A DNA stretch of 64,000 nt from a virus. Lineage: Duplodnaviria; Caudoviricetes. The DNA is taken from positions 14,763 through 78,762 of the IMG/VR virus record IMGVR_UViG_3300037634_004069, one strand, 5' to 3'. The notes under the pieces are model-generated. The model was not told the origin of the DNA. It did no database searches and saw nothing but the letters and a program-made list of their open reading frames with translations. This document shows positions 41,001-48,330 of the stretch, piece after piece; positions within the stretch are counted from its first letter, which is position 1; each line of letters begins with the position of its first letter. A program made the translations under genes and the position numbers.

Positions 41001-43134
41001 GTACGATCTTAATACTAAACAAGCCATTCATAATAAAACCTTAGACGTAGTAGAGGATCTACTAAGTATGAAAGGAAGAGAGAAAGAGTTTCTTCGTCCT
41101 GTAAATACAAACAGTTATGAGGGTTTAGCGGAAGAGATTCAAGGGTTGTATGAGGATAAAGGCAATGAAGAGCTTCCGGATTTACAGATTGTAAAAGATT
41201 ATCATGAGGAAACTACACTCCCGCATATTTTTAAAGTTACAGATGCAGTTTTTTCAGGAGCAAAGGATGTAGGGATAGTGGCTCTTGCATCTACACACCA
41301 AGTAAAAGGACAAAAAGCTAACTTAAGATTAGATCTTAGTAAGTCAATGAAACTTGCAAATGGAAAGTTTTTAAACTCTTTAGGGATATATTTTAATTAT
41401 GATGAGTTTAAAAAAGAAAAAGATTCCGAAGGAGAGTTTATAGGGGATTCTACAATTTCTTTAGCTAGAATGTCAGACGTTTTAAATAATAGAAGAGTTA
41501 CAGATAGTATATCTCAGTTTGTAAACTTAGCAGTTGATACAGTAAACACTCCTGTTATACACATTCTAAACCTTGGGCCAGAACTAGCTCCAGCTGCACT
41601 TGTATTATTAAGAGCAGGTGTTCCTTTGGAAAGTATAGTTTATTTTATGAATCAGCCTATTGTAAGAGATTACATAGAAAACAGACAAATAGCATCAAGT
41701 AGAGTTTACCAGGCACTTGGGAAAGAAGAATATCCAGCTCAAACAATTACTAAACTAAGAAAAGCGTACAAAACTGATAGTGATATTTCGTCCCCAGAAA
41801 ACAAACCTTACTTATCTGATAAAGAACTTAAGCAGATGATTGGGGGTATAGAAGCCCCTACTAAAGAGGGTGACTTAAGTATAGAAGACCAAAATGCATA
41901 TCAATTGCATATACTAGATGATTTGTTAATGTACTTAGAGCTTGGAGATAGAATGACAACCGTTATAGCCGCACAATCTTATGATACAAAGCTTCCTAAG
42001 ACCCGTGCTGCAATGGCTTTAACTAACAGGGCTTACGAAAAAGTAATGGCTGAGGGTATCTTCCCTAACGCAGAAAAAATAACAGAGGGAGAAAATAGTT
42101 TCCTTAAAGAAATGCGTAACTACACTTTAGTAGCATCTGAAGTATTTGGAGATTTGTTTGTAAACAACAATCAAATAAAAAGCTTCAACGACGCTTATGC
42201 AATGAAAGTTGAAGAACTTACACATACAGAAAATAGACAGCCTTTAGATATTAAAGTAAAGTCTTTAGAAAGATTGGAGCAGTTTTTTACATCTCTTATA
42301 CTTCAGAGAGTTCCAAACGAAGATGGCATAGCTATAAATGATAGGTCTCAAACTTTATTGTTTGGAGAAAAAAGTGCAGCTGTAACTGTTTCAAAGATTA
42401 TAAACTCCCCTAAACACCCACTACGAAACAACGTATTCTTAAACTCTCTTTTACCTGTAGTACAGGAAGAAAGAAAGTCTGTGAAGGGAAAAATGGTGGA
42501 AAATGATTTTATACAACCTGAGTTTAAAGCTGTCAATATTTATGATATGGCTGCAATGTATGATTCATACCAAGAGATTGTAGCATACGATGCTAAAAAG
42601 AACACCACTTTAGCAAAAGATCTTTTCGATGTAGCTATTTTGCAAGCAGGTACTATGAATACTCCGTATTCTTTCTTAGATAAACTGCCTGGAGATCAAT
42701 TTGCAGAGATATCTTCTAAATTGTATAATAGATACCTTAAGACTCCTAATGCTTTAAAGTTCTCTTCTGAACTACTGTTAAGTTTATTCCATGCAAACAT
42801 GTTGAAATTTCCAAACATGGTAGAGTTTACTAAGCCTCAATCTCCTAAGAACATGAGGTTAATGTATGCTAAAAGATACTTAGATCTGCAACAAGACAGA
42901 GAGTTTGGTATGGGTAGAAAACAAAGAGATATAGCACTCTATCAAAATCTTATCTTTACACGAGATTTAATTACAGGAAAAATTAATTCTGGTGAAAGCA
43001 CTGGTGTAGTAAGAATTGAAACTACAGGATACGACTCAATGTCTTATTTGAATACTAAGTCTGACTTTATAACGTACAACAAAAAAGTTGAATCTTCAGA
43101 AACAGATCCAATTGATCCTACAGAATGCCCTTAA
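29044..43134 (+). CDS. Giant virion RNA polymerase polyprotein (ejection-type N-terminus, zincin protease, two-barrel RNAP with inserted ART-like domains)
   Basis: 4696 aa; RIP....S...GSDFDIDK with DFDID at 39439-39453 (DxDxD motif of crAss-like RNAPs); HEAFH at 35206-35220 plus EEWAAEEF; N-terminal hydrophobic hairpins. Confidence 0.88.
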   Translation: MSDSNSDNILNNLYADETFNDSALPYTDPEEENGTDPVISNLYSEDELVLEQNPLDILNIQSQADATSPVETPIINVPEEFGSSQYDKNASRAYQLNNLEELRGRNQTGWDKFGNFVPRFIGGVGTNVVGGLGGVGYGILKTMYKAAEAPFTDKDDSAAEIVRNIWDNELFDGLDYINEELSENLPFYYTQQEKEASLFGQMAYGNFWADKFANGLTFITGAVLTELAAVGLGGLIGSVVPGAGTVAVGGAAAAGNAMRLTRQATKIFKNIGRATVPRKVIEAGKKVAQSRKTLDALKIGRQMMTGAGYEASIEAKHGYDVALNTLLTENFGDRIALGEQEAGRALTIEEKGNLLTPQERAEIFETAASISNFQFAGNLLLVGVGNMITLPGLYGAGVMSRMNKSAAKSSLYTKAKDALGFSGVPKRDVLHKALGKAGLGDKGITITRGLGSWLKRSLYEGFVEEGGQGVMARASEDYALRSRMGDNGTLQLIGEWHDAFARGFDESYGSKEGQTEILIGALAAALGMPGQGGKAGWYKGIAWTGDLASQSTKMEGIQEFEAVNKKFADEYARIKKANPSLGAKMEQTAWMMMQVAKTKEGLDTAIENGDVKKAKDFEYDKFWESVMLAIDSNDFESLETKIETDLSEISDEALKEMYSYEDDMTKEALAERRAYLATTIKQKLKTIKESQELVDSGLRLNDMDKVIGLGKPGSMAAVRRELIHYASKMDENVRREEAMISKLAEITGGKVVSISNEISSIEYQNTDGTKRVLQIGAMNVGSTVFEHIVESRRRIEDLEAKGGSRTQVENEQLKDLKNYITELEKIEDQSKPVYNLLQEAGSVTNDEQVAAWEKEFPEQSAKHKKEVHKMMKDIRALRADRIDFAQKYQMLIDPSLREKYNKQMEASANDLKKKIKQETEKFEKEQTKSEKRVKKFKKVIDYYKHELLERMQELNDELTTKQESLQEAIEILTGMKSYVEKLKKKPHQKKFKYNNKFITRDQLIKEIATAKELVDTAEKEYTTFVKVTYPEQHRTIHENIQILDMFMKNELDPDMMPHEFEEIHEVLLRRAEKEGFTATDFGVQSVAANLIKDHEKSIEDLEAYKKDLKAHIGALKRVINIAESIVEANPGVEVFDVEGKWKDKSSQVNKVPVEAIQMAIDKQVAELKEVNKDIKELKKNIKDVQKTYSGLRQIQVFRDLLRRVPLAKEWKKREEIDYDSLENDFTSMEKEDDLYKPDISMPGLHKTSGAHIGFKIDQTVYEKSLEIYQRLTELQEKKKKKGKELNKKQLNELKTATSQLNWFQYIQKDNKNILGRTTDKKDNNISSKYFLAFISEDTVVPEDVAKDLEGTWYHQNNKDAKYKDIKVALVRKVINKTTGRTSIQFVRDGETKGVVFTSIEDPTVKNKRGESKFTNKKDNLSKSEIEDIQRDYNDNIRKKVNSTNSLMIAPITGKSPGTILLDRGEVNYASDTIMSTNLENVKIAIGKVIKNEDPEAEGEYKYDTIKFVKNANSVMVRPGQIVAYDHVRHMPIFMRRSELGEERAIQVQRLFRVLLKEFAAAKESGKSNIEALKQAERFSLEYGGESITLRAQIRSMVHILNAEDSKFRLAYRLKDNDLVIYFKEMDEYATLEDIEDNTEKGEELLEFLKTKRHNVRGTLLENSVKRVEFSGKNKRTNKPYSAKGEKYVNNAKSKYINVVLNKDLTVSQSKSTEHANYNHFLLSKNTSGEAPLYTEARPLKEVSFTNPRAGGGYLVYGKTLMSTAKFDIEDQAAPGGKAVFSNIEGEDEFDPDDFSDDVGGDPTAGSSSELEALENALGLDPEVEDDVVPTGDPEVDPTGDPEDLPPGLADAPYIKQDDLESIKAKKAAKKKAKKEAEEAAKKEAEIDPSSEVEGLFEGLSGTGTLETTHKGLGYTDTFKAEDIWAEDQDGIYKVTVGGGDSLGYYNPSDGSFKTSSSFDFDSDTLVSWMDKTIDEAEEDEAPFMLESQTKALEELLSSYSKDTQTEIQRALKMTSLEIATSEAVLDSLDGRAVAQLVSFGKVVLSELAPSGAIFHEAFHNVSLYVLSPKDSKTLYKKIREIPGETVTYKGKTKKMSDLTNKEAEEWAAEEFRKYILMGKDYKFGEGTVTDTRNIIQKFFDAIKSVLRRLFRLNENFEFDSSITSIEGLFESIDKGKFAKAKRHQGRSDAGVYNMLQSIEGWNDVYTNDMISSISVELGGLIDKPFRYGGKTYKVELGELYTGDIFNTPVGKKSLNALYLKGISNLREKLITLENELDRFSERKPAVTETLDRIGRSSNEKKETVKQAIRAHYGYLTDIGLVKEEGVEVDEETLTSKDWVDELDALTISPSKSASGLIKLIFSMFEDPNTVNSTGLTGAYNMSTTLKSAQNLLAGSTSFANQIKKLKQNKEKFPWAADLVKRLDIDPEGKTYSQIAPRIAFAVHMAQVKLDVSISSVEPNGRIYTMDPAKEGALKKISYNWTSRLKNFGAQTNKKSNHVTLDKDGKILINKKAKFNFVSPKGTLIETTMTGLFNRAKKSNDVATIIALYKPLGIEFTDPKAVEEIFTFNEDVERAALEKRFPNAFEDEIVEMLDEKEEEITQAFLGFKKDQEWIIDDIISRKESFATIFSRDKSGAVTRARALADIELTTGNNDVEFQYLNSEGNMEYSIIRNHYISALTNFEYIDLVEYFNPVSNPFAANSLAVEAWRGGSKIDIINMGGLRADLLGEMGQKISRLASNDVVTMHLNAILDGISILPRAADQVTEFGIRLPIEMPTRIRQGMGIFLNYLKDEIAATAIGIEAGKNISKYKDNIKKLRFFDSILTDSRGIVQDLLSTPRLLKQIRKEIMFSSKKSTSEIPGESDYLEAFMIENADAFVKDITARLNVDIAKLDSFLVERGLLQETNESGTRVPYALSSELFQEDANEDPDFSDKNINAVLEEIVVKQFIGKTETFKMFLGDPAFYSDMFKRIKGAVGTKTLMDLSPEILKWIDDTPGLHRADGKIDLIAIKEPMARMSEEIIEMYSGQVTPDVLEQWKKPIEKADGALYVDLPTYRLLKITSDQWDNNRESQFSKSMGNISSSYEEVEGATFPPDKFQYMGPFLTDLGPAMGFLKMAIIPISRDMESFNGVEYPNIKKALDYMEENGVGGFVIPTGMKIGGAIETSQVSYGIENGAYEEMEFEDPVKGSRMTFDLRFMGSQLEISPSFKNKATRPTQQAVHISSDLYEDGVAVSEEALEKDSEYQSLMSAATKNAFTDMLEELSIEKTTDKNGVEGYGLSEESYELILDKLENQGIEKDLGKSIMSGVSYLKEKGGAFKFDFFVDRHRMESMFLSGIGSQIIKPKVAGEMLVNTPDLFYEVRKIGDTIASNELQFYENSDGRWAMQVRMPHRFKELLGKNVKIVNGTILGEGITVQSSEELLKMIGIRIPTDGIHSVEVIEIVEFLPQSAGPRINVPAGLVTKAGSDFDIDKLTALFKNYRAYTDEKTGGVILRPDKFYNTEEEWFEANQRRVANKLKDFEAIFKRGFERKLKDEKELNDFLAKFKDDPLLAKEFTDFLERDLDMDMESLSLERNLTKEEAQEMWDGILESAEEFFNITYTVDPTTDVTEQEFYENLPRITQDSNSYYRGTIISPTIDAEGNLIIKGRKDRLYEKANLPSYGVSMGDRMNTSKEYGEGQFKRRLQELRDEYNEQAADELEYGSGYYLIQVDKSKIDNEIIEEAGEVKVLGDLKIPKGAYKIELINPEENKRIQDVEPIESAEGMEEFGYGFLYDLFNLTQPTTEVTEGVSEVFESNPELANVGTEQQYSEYLDSIGVTEIAHHHSESSIEEFKTFPEGYFPNELKKKGTHYKEADDVVFFVKEKLTEEFMSKRPKVGTWGLKASNILQFNGGQKVGDGAHPGIDEGVKKGIDEGYDAVDFGRIRDNKTWSEVIAIFNPRNAVKLGSKQDIQGFKDFVSKKGTTKVAALNISPKLFTDWKAENPTLTKYDLNTKQAIHNKTLDVVEDLLSMKGREKEFLRPVNTNSYEGLAEEIQGLYEDKGNEELPDLQIVKDYHEETTLPHIFKVTDAVFSGAKDVGIVALASTHQVKGQKANLRLDLSKSMKLANGKFLNSLGIYFNYDEFKKEKDSEGEFIGDSTISLARMSDVLNNRRVTDSISQFVNLAVDTVNTPVIHILNLGPELAPAALVLLRAGVPLESIVYFMNQPIVRDYIENRQIASSRVYQALGKEEYPAQTITKLRKAYKTDSDISSPENKPYLSDKELKQMIGGIEAPTKEGDLSIEDQNAYQLHILDDLLMYLELGDRMTTVIAAQSYDTKLPKTRAAMALTNRAYEKVMAEGIFPNAEKITEGENSFLKEMRNYTLVASEVFGDLFVNNNQIKSFNDAYAMKVEELTHTENRQPLDIKVKSLERLEQFFTSLILQRVPNEDGIAINDRSQTLLFGEKSAAVTVSKIINSPKHPLRNNVFLNSLLPVVQEERKSVKGKMVENDFIQPEFKAVNIYDMAAMYDSYQEIVAYDAKKNTTLAKDLFDVAILQAGTMNTPYSFLDKLPGDQFAEISSKLYNRYLKTPNALKFSSELLLSLFHANMLKFPNMVEFTKPQSPKNMRLMYAKRYLDLQQDREFGMGRKQRDIALYQNLIFTRDLITGKINSGESTGVVRIETTGYDSMSYLNTKSDFITYNKKVESSETDPIDPTECP

Positions 43135-43144
43135 AAAATAACAC

Positions 43145-46100
43145 ATGGCTTGCAGTGTAAAACAAAATATAATAGACCATATTGAACTTGAAAAACTAGG
43201 GAGGTCTGAGGCAGAAGGTATAACAAGAACTGCTCCTATTGCAACTGTTATGCAAGAAAGCAGGAAGCTTTCATCTTTAATACTTTCTAAGTATGATGTA
43301 CCAGGATTACCTTTTAGAGCTGTTGGGAAAAATATTGCTTTAAACGATCCTTTATTTGACGCTATAGACAATAAAAACGAAGAAAGAGGGGAAGTTGTTG
43401 TTACTCCAGCGTATGTGCAAGAAGCAGAAGCAGAAGTGCTTTCATCTATGCGATCTGCAATGAAAAAATTAGGAGTAACAGAAAGAGCTGTAAGCAGGCT
43501 AAGAGATAGAGAGGGAAATGTTATTGCTGGAGTAGCAGCTGCAGATATAATAAGTAAATCAATTACGTATGTAGAGGGGAATGAAAGTGAAATACCAGAG
43601 GAGGTTATTCACATGTTCGTAGTTGCAATGAACGAACTAAAAGATCCTATATATACATCTATGTACGAGAGAATAGCTCAAGAACCTGAGTATTTAGAAG
43701 TACAAGAAGAGTATGGGGGGCTTGCCGATTGGACCGAGCAAGATATAAAAGATGAGGCAATTACCAAAGTTATTCTAAATAGAATGAAATTGGATGCCAA
43801 AGAAAAAGCAAAAGATAGAAATGCCAGGTGGTGGCAGAGACTGCTTAGAAAGCTTAGAGAGGTATTTAATTTTGAATCTGATCCTGTAAAAAAGGCAGTC
43901 AAAAAAGTATTAAGCGAAGATATTTCTAAGTATGCAGAGGCACTGTCTAGGTCAAAAAGAGAAACAATATTCCGGTCATTAGGAGATGCTACGACGCAAG
44001 ATATACAAAGAGAAAATATTGTTAAGACTCATAATAGCATGGAAAACGTAAAAGACCTTACGTTTGATATGGTGAAGGGAAAAATAGATGAAGGAACATT
44101 TGAGATTCTTTCAGATATAGATGGAGTTATAGCAAGGTATAAAATAGATGGAAAACTTGTAGCTAAAAGAGCAACAGACCAATCATCTATATCTTTTTTT
44201 AAGAGTGTTGGTAATATAGACGAGTATAAAAGTATTTCTAACAGAGAAAGATCCGCACTCCTCAGAGATACTGGTACAAATATGCACAGTATACAACATG
44301 AGATTGCTTTAAATATGGCTCAAGACACGGATCTTGAATACCACAAGTACATAAACGTTGTAGAACTTAAAGACAGTGTTAAACCAAGAAGTTATGCTAA
44401 ACTAAAAGAAGACTCTGGTTTAGATAAACAAATGTTTTTGGATTTAAAAGGTGTAGTAAAAGGTATATTAGATAAGCAGGTAGCACGTCAAAAAGTTATT
44501 AATAAAAAGACTGAAAAAGATAAAAAAACAGACATGTACACAGAGGTCCGACTCTTTAATAAAAAGATGGATACTGGTGGTACTGTAGACCTTATGTTTA
44601 TTAACTCTGAAGGTACAGCCTCTATATATGACTGGAAATTTATGAGTCCAAAGTTTGAGGATGTAACTAAAAAAGGAGAGGATTTTTATATGTTACTTGA
44701 TCCATTTAGAGGGGCTAAAGGAGAAGGATACCAACATCAAATGGGATTCTATGTAACAACTTTAAGAGAGCAGTATGGTATTACTAAAATCCAAGAGTCT
44801 CGTCTTATACCAGTTCACTTGAGATTTAAATATGTAAATAAAAAAATCACAAACACCATCAACTACCTTGCAGTGGGATCCTCTCATGATAGGTTTTTAG
44901 CTGAAATGCCAATGGCTAAAGAGAAAGCAGGGGATAGAGATATAGATTCTAAATTAAAAATACTGTATGATAAGTTCGATGCTATAAAAAACAGACCTAA
45001 GTCTCCAAGTATCAAAAGACAGGTTGCGCTTATTACTACAGCTATAAGAGAGCTTTTAAATGAGTCTGACATGCAGCATACTTTTGAAGAACTCTTAGAG
45101 GTTATGAAGTATGCAGAGGCTGGAATGAAAATAGACGACTCTACAGAGACTGGGTACTTAGAGTTCGATGAGCTTTGGGAAATCTATGATCTTTTAGGGA
45201 CATTTAAAAACTTGCAAACGATTGTTGCTAAAAAGATAAAACTTTCAAAAGACTCTGAAAAAGAAAAAGCAGCATTACGAAATAAATTAGAAAAAGCTGC
45301 AGAGGCAGTATCTAATATTACTTTTCAAATACAAGAAAAACTTATTGAAAGATTAGATATAGACTCCCCATATAAACTGGGAGAGCAAATGAAAAGATAT
45401 GGGAAAATAGTTTCTAAACCCACAGAAGCTATGGATCAAATGTTAGCTATGAATATGGTTGACAATGCTTTATTTAAAGAAGGATATTTTAGAATAACTG
45501 AAGGGAGGAGCAGAAAAGATGCTTTATATAGAGAGCATTATAAAAAATGGAAAGCTTTAGACGACGGACTAAAATCTTGGGCAGGGTCAATGCCTATGAG
45601 AGATGTATATAATCTATTTATAAGAGAGACTCCTTTTGGACTAAAGCTGATTACAATGTTTGACCCAGAGTTTAAAAAGACTTTGGATAAAAAAATATCT
45701 ACTGCACAATCTACTCAAGATGATAAGGTAAAAAAAGAAGTATTAAAGTGGATGAAAGAGCACTTTCAAATTAAAAAAGGTGCTAAAGAAGAATTTAAAG
45801 CAAATAGAGCTGAATTTTTAGAACGAAAAAGAAAAGAATTTGGCTCAAAAGAAGATCAGAGATATAAGAATGTTGAAGCTTGGTTTGATAGTAAGAACAA
45901 TGTATTTAGTAAAGTAGATGAAGCTACTGCATGGACTTCAGATAGCTACCATATGTATCTAGAATTAAAGCCAGGAAAAGAAGACGCAGCGTTTAGTTCA
46001 GAATACAAGTACCTTTTAAGGTCAGGAAATGAACCATTATTAGAATACTACAATGCCTGGAAAGAGCAAATGAAAACCTTTAAAAAACTCTTAAAGGGTA

Positions 46101-48031
46101 GAAGAGCTGTTCTGTCTGCAGATACTATTCCATCTATAACTAAAAGTATGATGGAGCAATTAATGACTGGAGAAAATGCATTTAAAGCATTTGGAAAAAG
46201 TTTTTTAAGAGGTATGAGTATTGATGTAGAAAATGAAGAGCAAGTAGGAAAAGCTACAATACAAAAAGTTCCCCTTAGATTTTTAAACCCTCCAAGAGGA
46301 AAAGATGGAGAGGTTGACCATATGTTAATTTCAAGAGATCTTACCAGAGCTATGGTAATGTTTGGAGATTCTGCATATGAACATATAGAAGACACAAGAT
46401 CTGAAGCTGAGATTTTATTTATAAGAGATCTTTTAACTCAATCTGAAGAAGTTAAAATGTCTGGAGGAAAGATTGTAAAAGAGCTTGGAGAGTTTAAGTT
46501 TGAAGAGAGTGGAGTGTCTGAAAAAACTCTTAGCTTATTTGATACTTATGTTAATATGCTACTGTATAAGAACTTTGGTCAAAACATAGGTAAAGAAATA
46601 AATTTTGCTGGTAGAACTATATCTAGTACAAAATTGCTTAGAGGAGTTAAGAGTGGATTTAGCGCTATGATAATGACAATGCCTGTAAAAGCAGCATTAG
46701 CTACTCTTGGAGGCGCCTCTGTATTTAGAATATCAAAATCAATTGATAATCCTAATTATTCTTATGATACTTTATCAAAAGGGTTTAAGCTTTGGACAAA
46801 AGACAAATCTAGATATATGGCTATTGCAGGGCACTTTGATGTACATGCTGAAGGAGATGCGATAATGCATTCAAGAGAGTTGTCTGCAGATCCTTTAACC
46901 AGGTCTGCACAAACTGCTTATTTGTATTATCCACTTATACCTGTAGATAAGTTTGGAGATAGAAGACTTTTAATGGGGATGTTATTTAACCATGCTGTAG
47001 ATGAAAATGGTTTAATACAAAGATTAGAAGATATGCCAGAAGGTACTTTGCCTTTAGCAGAGACAATGAAAGTAGAAGATGGTGTAGTAACAGAAGATTT
47101 GCCACAATCAATAAGAAAGCAAATTAAAATGCGATTTCTTGGAGAGATACGTGGTATAAGAGGAGATATGTCTGAAACAGGAATAGCTGCTTATCAATCT
47201 AATATTTATGTATCTCTTGTAATGCAGTTTAAAGATTGGATGCCACCTATGGTTCAAGATAGGTTTGGAGATGTAAGATTTGATTATTATACAGGAAATT
47301 ATGAAGCAGGTAGATATAAATTAGCTGCTAAAAGTGCATTGTTTTTACCGAATGCTACGGCGGAAGATATGGAGGAGGAAGTTGCCTGGAAAACTTTAAT
47401 GGCAAACAGCGCTACTACTATGAGTAGGCTTTTAGGAAATCTGGTGGGAATACAAAGCTTCGTAACATCGAAGAAAACCAGAGATAAGAAAGACGCTGAA
47501 GGAAAATGGAGTGAAGCTCAAGAAGCTCAGTATCAGCGTAGAAGAAAGAAGTATTTGCAAGGTTTAGATTTTATAAAAGAAAACTCTACTGATCCTGCGC
47601 TTGCAAACATGACAGAAGAAAAGTACTTAGAGCTTATGCAGCGTTCTATAAAAAGTACAGTGGCAGAAATAAGAGCCACACTTATATTAGGGTTATTGTC
47701 TTTGTTTATGGGGGCCCAAGTAGGAGATGATGATGAAGAGTTGTACAAAGCAAACTATGGTACAAGAAAAGCTCAAGAGTTATTAGCAAGAACTATTTTG
47801 GAAACAGCAATGTTTATCAATCCTATGGAGCTTGCTAAACTTAACAAATCAGTTGTTCCTTTGTTTGGTTTACTTGAACAAACCGGTAAGTTTTTTGGAA
47901 ATTCTGCTGATGAAGCAATGGATTTGTTTCGTGGAGATATGTTTGAAAAAGGAGATAGAACACAAATGTTCCACTATACTTTTCAATTTGTTCCTGGAAA
48001 CAGAACTATTAGGTGGGCATTAGACCTTTAA
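43145..48031 (+). CDS. Large cargo protein with degenerate zincin-like motif, PD-(D/E)xK nuclease domain and C-terminal hydrophobic segments
   Basis: PEEVIH...EAI; GT.MH...TE..L...GGTVDL...IYDWKF...YQHQMGFY (44273-44830). Confidence 0.7.
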   Translation: MACSVKQNIIDHIELEKLGRSEAEGITRTAPIATVMQESRKLSSLILSKYDVPGLPFRAVGKNIALNDPLFDAIDNKNEERGEVVVTPAYVQEAEAEVLSSMRSAMKKLGVTERAVSRLRDREGNVIAGVAAADIISKSITYVEGNESEIPEEVIHMFVVAMNELKDPIYTSMYERIAQEPEYLEVQEEYGGLADWTEQDIKDEAITKVILNRMKLDAKEKAKDRNARWWQRLLRKLREVFNFESDPVKKAVKKVLSEDISKYAEALSRSKRETIFRSLGDATTQDIQRENIVKTHNSMENVKDLTFDMVKGKIDEGTFEILSDIDGVIARYKIDGKLVAKRATDQSSISFFKSVGNIDEYKSISNRERSALLRDTGTNMHSIQHEIALNMAQDTDLEYHKYINVVELKDSVKPRSYAKLKEDSGLDKQMFLDLKGVVKGILDKQVARQKVINKKTEKDKKTDMYTEVRLFNKKMDTGGTVDLMFINSEGTASIYDWKFMSPKFEDVTKKGEDFYMLLDPFRGAKGEGYQHQMGFYVTTLREQYGITKIQESRLIPVHLRFKYVNKKITNTINYLAVGSSHDRFLAEMPMAKEKAGDRDIDSKLKILYDKFDAIKNRPKSPSIKRQVALITTAIRELLNESDMQHTFEELLEVMKYAEAGMKIDDSTETGYLEFDELWEIYDLLGTFKNLQTIVAKKIKLSKDSEKEKAALRNKLEKAAEAVSNITFQIQEKLIERLDIDSPYKLGEQMKRYGKIVSKPTEAMDQMLAMNMVDNALFKEGYFRITEGRSRKDALYREHYKKWKALDDGLKSWAGSMPMRDVYNLFIRETPFGLKLITMFDPEFKKTLDKKISTAQSTQDDKVKKEVLKWMKEHFQIKKGAKEEFKANRAEFLERKRKEFGSKEDQRYKNVEAWFDSKNNVFSKVDEATAWTSDSYHMYLELKPGKEDAAFSSEYKYLLRSGNEPLLEYYNAWKEQMKTFKKLLKGRRAVLSADTIPSITKSMMEQLMTGENAFKAFGKSFLRGMSIDVENEEQVGKATIQKVPLRFLNPPRGKDGEVDHMLISRDLTRAMVMFGDSAYEHIEDTRSEAEILFIRDLLTQSEEVKMSGGKIVKELGEFKFEESGVSEKTLSLFDTYVNMLLYKNFGQNIGKEINFAGRTISSTKLLRGVKSGFSAMIMTMPVKAALATLGGASVFRISKSIDNPNYSYDTLSKGFKLWTKDKSRYMAIAGHFDVHAEGDAIMHSRELSADPLTRSAQTAYLYYPLIPVDKFGDRRLLMGMLFNHAVDENGLIQRLEDMPEGTLPLAETMKVEDGVVTEDLPQSIRKQIKMRFLGEIRGIRGDMSETGIAAYQSNIYVSLVMQFKDWMPPMVQDRFGDVRFDYYTGNYEAGRYKLAAKSALFLPNATAEDMEEEVAWKTLMANSATTMSRLLGNLVGIQSFVTSKKTRDKKDAEGKWSEAQEAQYQRRRKKYLQGLDFIKENSTDPALANMTEEKYLELMQRSIKSTVAEIRATLILGLLSLFMGAQVGDDDEELYKANYGTRKAQELLARTILETAMFINPMELAKLNKSVVPLFGLLEQTGKFFGNSADEAMDLFRGDMFEKGDRTQMFHYTFQFVPGNRTIRWALDL

Positions 48032-48237
48032 AAGTCTTCAAAGTCTCCTGTTTGAGCTTCAAGTATCTTAACCATGATTTTCATGTGAACTTCTTCTAAA
48101 AGATCAAGTTCTTCAAATAAATCACTTACGTCTTGCTCATCTTGAGTTATCTGAAGGACCTCAATGCCCCCCTCTTCATTAAGCTCATACTCAACAGTGA
48201 CTTGAGCTCTTCTCATATCTATAATCTCTAAAGCCAT
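48028..48237 (-). CDS. Small highly acidic hypothetical protein
   Basis: 69 aa with 20 D/E versus 4 K/R; A-rich start context (aaaaaaaacaaATG); stop overlaps the convergent + strand stop in TTAA. Confidence 0.65.
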   Translation of the reverse strand: MALEIIDMRRAQVTVEYELNEEGGIEVLQITQDEQDVSDLFEELDLLEEVHMKIMVKILEAQTGDFEDF

Positions 48238-48256
48238 TTGTTTTTTTTAAGATATA

Positions 48257-48264
48257 TAAAGATA
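48257..48264 (-). promoter_or_regulatory. Promoter-like TATCTTTA box upstream of the 69-aa gene
   Basis: One mismatch from TAnnTTTG; the same 8-mer precedes rIIB. Confidence 0.4.
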
Positions 48265-48270
48265 TGATTT

Positions 48271-48320
48271 TGAAAAGTAAGTTTGGTACCTGAAAATAAA
48301 AATTCTCAGGTACCACTTAC
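48271..48320 (-). terminator. Rho-independent terminator (- strand)
   Basis: Perfect tggtacctga/tcaggtacca 10-bp stem extended by gtaag/cttac; followed by TTTT on the - strand. Confidence 0.7.
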
Positions 48321-48330
48321 TCATGTCGTT

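Noticed and set aside
33780-43720. YGG tripeptides in the RNAP and nuclease cargo (LEYGGES, FRYGGKTY, EEYGGLA) as extra copies of the GG tag
   Set aside because: They lack the LPKY half, and YGG also occurs in the muzzle protein, so chance is sufficient. FRYGGKTY (~35720) may merit a profile test.
249-47748. Numerous 60-150 aa minus-strand ORFs inside the virion genes, and plus-strand ORFs inside the replication genes
   Set aside because: Antisense shadow ORFs of long, codon-biased genes, with no motifs or start context.
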